DNA of 64,000 nucleotides from Patescibacteria group bacterium (GTDB lineage Bacteria; Patescibacteriota; Patescibacteriia; UBA1558; GWA2-36-10): NCBI GenBank assembly GCA_041665545.1, contig JBAYIQ010000001.1, positions 222,448 to 286,447 of the forward strand, read 5' to 3'. Shown piece by piece: positions 56,987 to 64,000 of this stretch (position 1 is its first letter; each line of letters starts with the position of its first letter). The notes under the pieces were generated by a model. It saw only the letters and a program-made list of their open reading frames with translations, ran no database searches and was not told where the DNA came from. The position numbers and the translations under genes were made by a program.

Positions 56987-58405
56987 ATGGAAATCAAAAC
57001 AGCGCTTACCTACGATGATGTTTTATTGGTGCCAAAAAAATCTGATGTCCAGTCCCGCCAGGATGTTGACATTACTGCCAACTTAACTAAAAACATCTCT
57101 TTAAAAATACCCTTGGTTAGTTCTAATATGGATACTGTGACCGAAAGCCGCATGGCCATTGCTATGTCCTTGGCTGGCGGTATTGGCATTATTCATCGTT
57201 TTTGTGATATAGAGACACAAGCCAAGGAAGTAATCAAGGTCAAAAGAAAACAAAATATTATTATTGATAACCCCTTTACTATCCACCCCGACTGCACTCT
57301 AGCCGAAGCCAAAACTAAAATTGCCGAATTAAACTGCACTAGCTTTTTGGTAACGGCTGATGGCCATAAATTATTAGGCATTATCACGCACCGCGACATA
57401 CTATTTGCCACCAATGACAATGTTTTGGTGTCTGACTTAATGACTCCCAAAAGTAAATTGATTACCGCTGCTCCAGATGTCAGTCCCGAGGAAGCCAAAA
57501 CTCTGATGAAGAGCTACAAAATTGAAAAATTACCCTTAGTTGACGCCGAGTTTAACATCATGGGTTTGATAACTGCCACTGACATCAGTCGCAATCTCAA
57601 CAACAAGCAAGCCAGTAAAGACAACAAGGGTCGATTACTAGTCGGAGCAGCCATTGGTGTTCGAGAAGGATTTTTGGAAAGAGTCCAAGCTTTGGTTGAC
57701 GCTGAAGCTGATGTTTTGGTGGTTGATATTGCTCATGGACACTCAATTAATGAATTAAGGGCCATCGAAGCCATTCGAAATAAATATCCGAATATTAATT
57801 TAATAGGTGGCAATATTGCTACAGCGAGTGCTGCCCGTGATTTGATTAGCGCTGGCGTACAAGCTGTCAAAGTTGGCATTGGACCGGGTTCAATCTGTAC
57901 CACTAGAATCACCACTGGTTTTGGCGTACCACAATTGACAGCCATTTTCAATATTGCACCAGTTTGCCGACAACAAAATATACCTTTGTTGGCTGATGGT
58001 GGCATCAAACAGCCAGCTGACTTGGTAAAGGCCCTAGCCGCTGGTGCTGACACGGTCATGATTGGCGGACAATTTGCTGGCACCGAAGAAACACCGGGTC
58101 CGACCCTCAACTACAAAGGCCGTCAATACAAAATATCTCGCGGCATGGCTTCACTTACGGCCTCTTTGTCTCGGCCTGATGCCAAAGAAAATTTCAACCA
58201 AATCACTCCTGAAGGCATTGAAGCACGCGTACCCTATCGTGGCCCAGTCCAAAATATTATCAATACCTATATTGGTGGCTTAAGAAGTGGCATGAGCTAT
58301 GGCAATGCCCGGAATCTAGAAGAGCTACGAAATAATGCTGAGTTTATACGTATCACCCACTCTGGCCAGATAGAATCTGGTTCACATGATAATGAAGTAA
58401 TTTGA
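56987..58405 (+). CDS. guaB: Inosine-5'-monophosphate dehydrogenase
   Basis: 472 aa with catalytic loop [11 protein letters not shown] and a CBS pair insertion. Confidence 0.85.
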   Translation: MEIKTALTYDDVLLVPKKSDVQSRQDVDITANLTKNISLKIPLVSSNMDTVTESRMAIAMSLAGGIGIIHRFCDIETQAKEVIKVKRKQNIIIDNPFTIHPDCTLAEAKTKIAELNCTSFLVTADGHKLLGIITHRDILFATNDNVLVSDLMTPKSKLITAAPDVSPEEAKTLMKSYKIEKLPLVDAEFNIMGLITATDISRNLNNKQASKDNKGRLLVGAAIGVREGFLERVQALVDAEADVLVVDIAHGHSINELRAIEAIRNKYPNINLIGGNIATASAARDLISAGVQAVKVGIGPGSICTTRITTGFGVPQLTAIFNIAPVCRQQNIPLLADGGIKQPADLVKALAAGADTVMIGGQFAGTEETPGPTLNYKGRQYKISRGMASLTASLSRPDAKENFNQITPEGIEARVPYRGPVQNIINTYIGGLRSGMSYGNARNLEELRNNAEFIRITHSGQIESGSHDNEVI

Positions 58406-59754
58406 TGCCAAAAAAAAGTAAAAAATTTCACCTTATAATCTTTGGTTGCCAGATGAACACTTCTGATGCCGAAAGGTTAATTACGGTTTTAAAAAAAATT
58501 GGCTATACGGAAACCAATGACGAAAAACAGGCCGACTTAGTTGGTGTGATTGCTTGCTCGGTCAGACAAGCAGCCGTTGATCGGATTTATGGAAAATTGA
58601 GAGAATGGCAAATCATTAAAGAAACTAGGCCACTAATCACCCTATTGTCCGGCTGTGTCTTGCCAACTGACCGCAAAAAACTAGCAGACAAGTTTGATTT
58701 ATTTATTGATATCAATCATTTAGATAATTTAACCAAAGATTTAAAAAATATTGCGCCCGAAAAAAAATTGGCCGTGCCTAATTTTTTTGATATTGCGCCT
58801 AGCTATATTTCTGACTACCGCGCTTATGTGCCGATCATGACCGGTTGTAATAAATTTTGCACTTATTGCGCTGTGCCCCACACTCGCGGTCGCGAAACTT
58901 CCCGACCGAGTGCTCAAATAATTGCTGAAGTCAAAAAATTACTAAAAAACGGCTACCAAGAAATTATTTTACTGGGACAAAATGTAAATAGTTATGGCTT
59001 GGATCGTAAAGCAGAAATAAAATTTCCCGAGTTGTTAAAAAAAATTGATAATTTAGGTAAAAATTTTTGGCTAAAATTTTTGACTAGCCATCCTTATGAC
59101 ATGTCCGATGATTTGATTCAAACAATGTCTCGAACCAAAAATTTAACACCTTATTTGCATTTGCCAGTGCAGTCTGGATCTGACGCGATTTTAAAAAAAA
59201 TGAATCGACATTATACTGTTAACCATTACAAAAAATTAATAAAAAAAATACGCGAGAGCCTTCCTGATATGGCAATTTCTACCGACATCATTGTCGGCTT
59301 TCCCACTGAGACTGAAGCACAATTTAAAGAAACTTTGAAATTAGTAAAGGAAATAAAATATAATACTGCTTACTTTGCGCAATACTCTACACGCTACGGC
59401 ACAACTGCCGCCAAACTATACAAAGATGATGTGCCAAAAACTACTAAGAAAAAACGCTGGCAGGAACTCAATAAACTTATTGGTCAACAATCGCTAGCTT
59501 TTAACAAAAAATTGGTCGGACAAGAAGGATTAGTCTTGGTTGACCAAAACAAAAAAATAGGCCAAAATTGGCTAAATTTAGGCAAACTGGCTAACTATAC
59601 AACAATCAAAATTTTAACTAAAAAACCGCTAAAAATTGGAAGTTTTGTCAAAGTAAAAATAAATAAAGCATTGAATTGGGGTGTGGAAGCTACCGAAGTA
59701 AAAAGTAGAAAGTTTCAGCCAGAGGCTGATCGCCCTCTGGGCGAAAAAGTATAA
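58402..59754 (+). CDS. miaB: tRNA-i6A37 methylthiotransferase (radical SAM)
   Basis: 450 aa. N-terminal UPF0004 Cys residues, radical SAM CNKFCTYCAVP and a TRAM domain. Start overlaps guaB stop by 4 nt. Confidence 0.85.
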   Translation: MMPKKSKKFHLIIFGCQMNTSDAERLITVLKKIGYTETNDEKQADLVGVIACSVRQAAVDRIYGKLREWQIIKETRPLITLLSGCVLPTDRKKLADKFDLFIDINHLDNLTKDLKNIAPEKKLAVPNFFDIAPSYISDYRAYVPIMTGCNKFCTYCAVPHTRGRETSRPSAQIIAEVKKLLKNGYQEIILLGQNVNSYGLDRKAEIKFPELLKKIDNLGKNFWLKFLTSHPYDMSDDLIQTMSRTKNLTPYLHLPVQSGSDAILKKMNRHYTVNHYKKLIKKIRESLPDMAISTDIIVGFPTETEAQFKETLKLVKEIKYNTAYFAQYSTRYGTTAAKLYKDDVPKTTKKKRWQELNKLIGQQSLAFNKKLVGQEGLVLVDQNKKIGQNWLNLGKLANYTTIKILTKKPLKIGSFVKVKINKALNWGVEATEVKSRKFQPEADRPLGEKV

Positions 59755-59845
59755 AGTAATAACTATAATAAATCTTTCTACTTTGTACATTTTACTTTAT
59801 ACTATTAATATCAAAATTTAAAAAGCCAACTACAATTAATTTGCG

Positions 59846-60751
59846 ATGAAAAATATTAAAACAAAGATAGTGGTCATCCTCGGCCCGACTGCCTCTGGCA
59901 AGTCTGTTTTGGCTGTGGAGCTCGCCAAAAAATTTAATGGTGAAATAATTTCCGCAGACTCACGACAAATATATCAAGGTCTAGACATCGGCAGTAATAA
60001 AACCACTCTTGCCGAACAAGCTGGCGTTCCCCATTATTTATTAGATGTCGTAAAACCAAATCAAGATTATTCTTTGCATGATTGGCAACAGACCGCCTAT
60101 CAGACAATAGAAAAAATCAATGAAAAAAATAAACTACCAATTATTTGTGGCGGTACTGGACTATATCTCTCCTCTATTTTACAAAACTATCAAATCCCAG
60201 AAACTGATCTTGCTTTACGCAAAGAATTACAGCAATATACTTTGTCGCAATTGATCAAACAATTAGAAATTTCTGACCCGGAAATATTAGAAAACATTGA
60301 TATCAATAACAAAGTCCGAGTCTTGCGAGCCCTGGAATATGTTTTGGCTTTCAAAAAAAGTCTTAAAAGTGGACAAGTGTCTAACGCCTGCCCATTTGAC
60401 TATCTGATTTTTGGCATAAATCCCGATCGAAATGAGCTGTACAAAAAAATTGATCAGCGTGTAGACCAAATGATAAAAATTGGTTTGATAGATGAAGTAA
60501 AAAAAATATACACTCAATACTCAGATAAAGACATTCCAGCTCTAAGTGGCATTGGCTATAAAGAAATTATTCAGTATTTGGATGGCGAAATACCTTTAAA
60601 TGAAGCCACGGAACTCATCAAAAAAAATACCCATCATTATGCCAAACGCCAAATGACTTGGTTTAGACGCATGGAAAAGCAGGGTATAAAAATAAATTGG
60701 AATTTGCCTCTTGAGGATATTGAAAAAATGATCAAAAAATTTTTACCATAA
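59846..60751 (+). CDS. miaA: tRNA dimethylallyltransferase
   Basis: 301 aa with P-loop GPTASGKS and IPPT family core. Confidence 0.85.
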   Translation: MKNIKTKIVVILGPTASGKSVLAVELAKKFNGEIISADSRQIYQGLDIGSNKTTLAEQAGVPHYLLDVVKPNQDYSLHDWQQTAYQTIEKINEKNKLPIICGGTGLYLSSILQNYQIPETDLALRKELQQYTLSQLIKQLEISDPEILENIDINNKVRVLRALEYVLAFKKSLKSGQVSNACPFDYLIFGINPDRNELYKKIDQRVDQMIKIGLIDEVKKIYTQYSDKDIPALSGIGYKEIIQYLDGEIPLNEATELIKKNTHHYAKRQMTWFRRMEKQGIKINWNLPLEDIEKMIKKFLP

Positions 60752-60757
60752 AAAAAA

Positions 60758-60780
60758 CAACCCGACGGGTTGTTTTTTTT
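60758..60780. terminator. Bidirectional rho-independent terminator between miaA and the convergent giant gene
   Basis: caacccg-a-cgggttg flanked by an A-run on one side and a T-run on the other. Confidence 0.6.
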
Positions 60781-60797
60781 ACTTCGCCATTATTCCT

Positions 60798-63700
60798 TTA
60801 AAAACTTATTTGATAACCACTGCTATTCACGTTGCCATTGGAATCAACTACATACAGATAAGCTGATTGACCAGCAATAAAGGAACCGCGATTGGCTGTG
60901 ATCTGAATCTGACCATCATTCCAAGTGGTGTGCGGAATTTGGATTTCACACTGAGTAGCTGAATCTTTATTTTGACTATTACAAATTTCTATTCTGGCTT
61001 GAGTATTATCAACATAAATATCATCATAATATACCTGGAAATTTGCTACACATCCCGATGGTAAATTGCCATAATTTTGACCCATCCTCAAATAACGCCA
61101 TCTTCCATCATCAGCATCATGGGTTATAAAAGAATTAACATAAGCCAAATAACCAGATCTACCTATCCTTTTAATCCAAGTCAAGCCATCCGCTGTGCTG
61201 GGCAAAGAACTCCTTTGATAATATTGCTCTATGCGTTGCCATTGATTAAAAGGAAAAGCATCGCCGGCTATACTAGTAGGATAACCCCCCATTGTTCCAC
61301 CATTATAATAGCACTGCACGCCATTGTTACCCCAATGGTCAGTACTCCACCAATGGTCTCCTATTATCTCTGCCGTTGTCGGTTCATCATTAGCACTATA
61401 ACCTGGGCTACTACTCACCCGCCAATTTTTCCACTGAAACGGATTACAGCTATCATTTTTTATTAATCTAACCCACGTTGTAACATAAAATTGATCGTAA
61501 CCGGCGCCACTATCAAACCTAATTTGTGACCATGATCCTTGTGAAAAATCAAACAATAAAGAATTTCCCCCACTATGTGCTCTTTCGTTACTATAAACTG
61601 AATTACTATTTGGAATTGTGGACAAAGCTCCTTGACCATCACCATCATCATTAACCCATCCAGAAGCACTAAAATCTTCTCCAACTATTCCATTCTCTAT
61701 ATTATAACCGAGATAAGATAACGGCTCAACTTGGTTCTTCGCTCCAAACCCACTACCCGATATAGTGTAAGATTGACCATCCACTAAAGTAGCAGAAGAA
61801 AGTCCACTAATACTCGGCCCACTACCTACTGGTGGCGCACTAGCAATAGCCGCTACAGCTTGGTTAGAGTTATTTGAAGTATTACCAGCCGCATCATAAG
61901 CACTGACTACATAGTAATAAGTAGTAGAATAGCTTAGGCCAGTATTAGTGTAAGAATTAGTATTAGAAGTAGCTAGGGGTTGATAACCACTACCATTAGT
62001 AGTAGATCTTAAAATACTATAACCCGTGGTAGCGATATTATCAGTCGAAGCTACCCAAGTAAGAGCCACTTGGGTACCGGAGACTGAAGCTTGAAGGTTG
62101 GTAGGGACAGAAGGATCTGTGGTATCAGAAGCTGAACAAGCATTACTTTGATAAACATTGGAACAACAATAACCAGAAGTATATGGGGTCGCGCCACACA
62201 GACAACGAGAAGTAATAGCTCCTTGGGAGCAAGTAGAACAGATTAGGTCTAAATTATTACAATCTTGATCAACGCCATCTGAACAAATTTCAATAGCTCC
62301 GGGATGCAATGTAGCATTAGCATCATTACAGTCATTACCACCACAACCATTACCAATATTGATATAACCATCTTGATCAAAGTCACAAGATACTGAACTA
62401 GAACTTGGTCTGAATACTTGCAAATTATCCAACCAATAAGGCCAAGGTCCTTGCAAATGAGCACCGCCACCAAAATAAGTAACTGGCTTATCAATGCGAT
62501 TAAATGTGCCGTCTATTGAGGCCGTTGTATATGGTACATCTGTAACCCGATAAACCCTCTGACCATCAAAATAAAATTCAAAAACACCATCACTATTCCA
62601 AGTACTGCCGGTTTGAGTATTGTGCTTGAAATACCAAACTATAGTATGAGTATTGCCATCAGCCATATTAGCTAAAACACTTGAAGAAAAATTTCTATTA
62701 TAACCCGTGCCACCCATACGATTATCAAAAAAATGCCAATTAGCCATATCAGTCGGCGAACCAGGATTTGACTCCACTACCCAAGACACTCCATCTAGTC
62801 CGAAGGCATAGAAAAATTTAGCACCGTCTATGCCACCTGGGCAAGTCTGCGAAGTACCGGGGCAACCATCACCTACTACACAACACCAGCGATTAGTATT
62901 ATTTATGCGCAAATCTGATTTAACATAAAATTCACCTCTAGACTCTACGCCTAAGGTTGTTAAATTTATGGGTAGGCGATGCATTCTTTTGTCAGTGCCG
63001 TTAGATAGGTCATCATAAAATTGACTATTCTGTAAAGTACACATTGGAGCTAAGCCAAAAGGAGCAGACATATAAGCGTCGGTCACCGTACCGGAAGAAA
63101 AATCTCTATTATAAACTGCTGACCAAGTTTGGCTGCAACTACTGGGATTCCATACATTACTGCAACAGTAGCCACTAGTATAAGTAGTACCACCACAAAA
63201 GCAACTAGAACTGATTACCCCATTACTGCAATTGGCGCCTATTATTGGACACAACAAATCAGCCCCGCTACAATCTTCATCTACATTATTACCACATATC
63301 TCAGTGGCCCCAGGATGTATAGAAGCACTAGAGTCATTACAATCATCTCCACCATTGGCTACTGCATTGTAGCCATCATTGTCATTATCATGGTCAGGTG
63401 GGGTTACAGTACAGACATTACCCTCGTCTACTTGGTTGTTACAGTTATTATCTACACTGTCACATATCTCAGTAGCATTGGGCCTGATACTAGCATTATT
63501 ATCATTACAATCACTACCACCATTGGCAGTAGCGTTGTAGCCATCATTGTCATTGTCATAGTCAGGCGCTGGTGGAGTAGTTCCACCGCCTCCACCACCA
63601 CCTCCAGGAGGTGTTGGGGTTGGAGTAACAGGTGGTGTAGTAGTAGGAGTACTTGGATTAGGAGTACTAATAGGTGGTGTAGTATCTACTGTAAAGGTCT

Positions 63701-64000
63701 TCTTAGAGATAGAGATAGTATCAAGGTTTTTGTTAGTAATACCTAAAGATAGGAATCTCATTATCTGGTAAGCAGCATCTCCATCTTGCATATAGTATCT
63801 TTTGCCGTCTTTAGGGTTTAGATACCACGCTTGACCTTGTTTTTCTACTTGTAAGAGTATGTATCCTTTGAGTCTATTTACTAAGGTAGTATTGTAGGTA
63901 AGTTTAGAGGCTCCCAAGGGGTTATAGTTGTTCTTTAGCTCTTCACCATCTGAGAAGGAGTCATTATCTGTATCTGCTTTATTAGGATCTGTACCTAATC
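60798..64000 (-). CDS. Large secreted surface protein, 5'-truncated by the window edge, with Pro/Thr-rich linker, MopE-like Cys/Asp repeats, an FN3 domain and ConA-like C-terminal region
   Basis: The track ORF (1039 aa) begins at an internal TTG. The frame stays open to position 64000 (LGTDPNKADTDNDSFSDGEELKNNYNP precedes it, a TSP3-like Ca-binding motif). Repeats DNDNDGYNAxANGGxDCNDxxASIxPxATEIC match the MopE-type metal-binding motif. FN3-like TDPSVPTNLQASVSGTQVALTWVAS...YYYVVSAYDAAGNTS. An 8-Gly run is present. Confidence 0.7.
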   Translation of the reverse strand, partial: LGTDPNKADTDNDSFSDGEELKNNYNPLGASKLTYNTTLVNRLKGYILLQVEKQGQAWYLNPKDGKRYYMQDGDAAYQIMRFLSLGITNKNLDTISISKKTFTVDTTPPISTPNPSTPTTTPPVTPTPTPPGGGGGGGGTTPPAPDYDNDNDGYNATANGGSDCNDNNASIRPNATEICDSVDNNCNNQVDEGNVCTVTPPDHDNDNDGYNAVANGGDDCNDSSASIHPGATEICGNNVDEDCSGADLLCPIIGANCSNGVISSSCFCGGTTYTSGYCCSNVWNPSSCSQTWSAVYNRDFSSGTVTDAYMSAPFGLAPMCTLQNSQFYDDLSNGTDKRMHRLPINLTTLGVESRGEFYVKSDLRINNTNRWCCVVGDGCPGTSQTCPGGIDGAKFFYAFGLDGVSWVVESNPGSPTDMANWHFFDNRMGGTGYNRNFSSSVLANMADGNTHTIVWYFKHNTQTGSTWNSDGVFEFYFDGQRVYRVTDVPYTTASIDGTFNRIDKPVTYFGGGAHLQGPWPYWLDNLQVFRPSSSSVSCDFDQDGYINIGNGCGGNDCNDANATLHPGAIEICSDGVDQDCNNLDLICSTCSQGAITSRCLCGATPYTSGYCCSNVYQSNACSASDTTDPSVPTNLQASVSGTQVALTWVASTDNIATTGYSILRSTTNGSGYQPLATSNTNSYTNTGLSYSTTYYYVVSAYDAAGNTSNNSNQAVAAIASAPPVGSGPSISGLSSATLVDGQSYTISGSGFGAKNQVEPLSYLGYNIENGIVGEDFSASGWVNDDGDGQGALSTIPNSNSVYSNERAHSGGNSLLFDFSQGSWSQIRFDSGAGYDQFYVTTWVRLIKNDSCNPFQWKNWRVSSSPGYSANDEPTTAEIIGDHWWSTDHWGNNGVQCYYNGGTMGGYPTSIAGDAFPFNQWQRIEQYYQRSSLPSTADGLTWIKRIGRSGYLAYVNSFITHDADDGRWRYLRMGQNYGNLPSGCVANFQVYYDDIYVDNTQARIEICNSQNKDSATQCEIQIPHTTWNDGQIQITANRGSFIAGQSAYLYVVDSNGNVNSSGYQISF

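Noticed and set aside
63580-63610. Homopolymeric-looking tract (cc/gg repeats encoding GGGGGGGG) as a possible slipped-strand phase-variation site
   Set aside because: The tract is built from mixed GGN/CCN codons (ggtggaggcggtgga...) rather than a pure mononucleotide run, so slippage is unlikely. It is a Gly/Pro/Thr linker.
1-64000. CRISPR array
   Set aside because: No run of regularly spaced direct repeats of 20-50 bp with unique spacers is present. The only tandem DNA repeats are short and irregular: agttaaaag twice near 40270, and agccgtctat twice near 18700.

Overview
This 64 kb window comes from an AT-rich bacterial genome (bulk GC roughly 30-38% by eye) with a compact, mostly housekeeping gene set. 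Genes at 1-41 kb run on the minus strand and genes at 41-60.7 kb on the plus strand, with tiny intergenic gaps, frequent 4-17 nt gene overlaps and many weak or absent Shine-Dalgarno sites. This looks like a small-genome, CPR/Patescibacteria-like or Firmicutes-like lineage, but taxonomy cannot be fixed from sequence alone. Confident housekeeping calls are metG, cysS, gap, tsf, rpsB, rpmE, prfA, prmC, rplY, ftsW/rodA, dnaE, thrS, guaB, miaB, miaA and nadE. Four accessory features stand out. First, both window edges are occupied by giant secreted proteins that the ORF track omits because they run off the window. At 1-7802 (minus strand) is an RHS/YD-repeat polymorphic toxin of more than 2600 aa with a Gly-rich region, a LamG/ConA-like lectin domain, about 25 YD repeats and the RHS core motif; its toxin tip lies beyond position 1. 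At 60798 to beyond 64000 (minus strand) is a MopE-repeat plus FN3 surface protein. Second, immediately upstream of the giant rhs gene sits a stand-alone mini-RHS protein that carries only a signal peptide, one YD unit, the RHS core end and a CHAP amidase tip. It is followed by a membrane-anchored candidate immunity gene. Third, there is a compact NRPS-like cassette: an A-T didomain, a type II thioesterase with an unusual Cys nucleophile (GWCFGG), a class I glutamine amidotransferase and an Sfp-type PPTase. It lies downstream of a 7TM-GAF histidine kinase. Fourth, there is a duplicated Nudix-CYTH gene pair flanking an ABC-F ATPase of higher GC. Other notable items are three short GC-rich islets (about 55-60% GC) with strong GGAGG ribosome-binding sites and their own terminators, a 72-111 bp MITE-like inverted-repeat element in three copies, a probable threonine-specific T-box leader upstream of thrS, a tRNA-Gly-like gene with a Ser-type GCU anticodon and a promoter-driven structured leader, and tandem triplication of orphan 7TM sensor modules.
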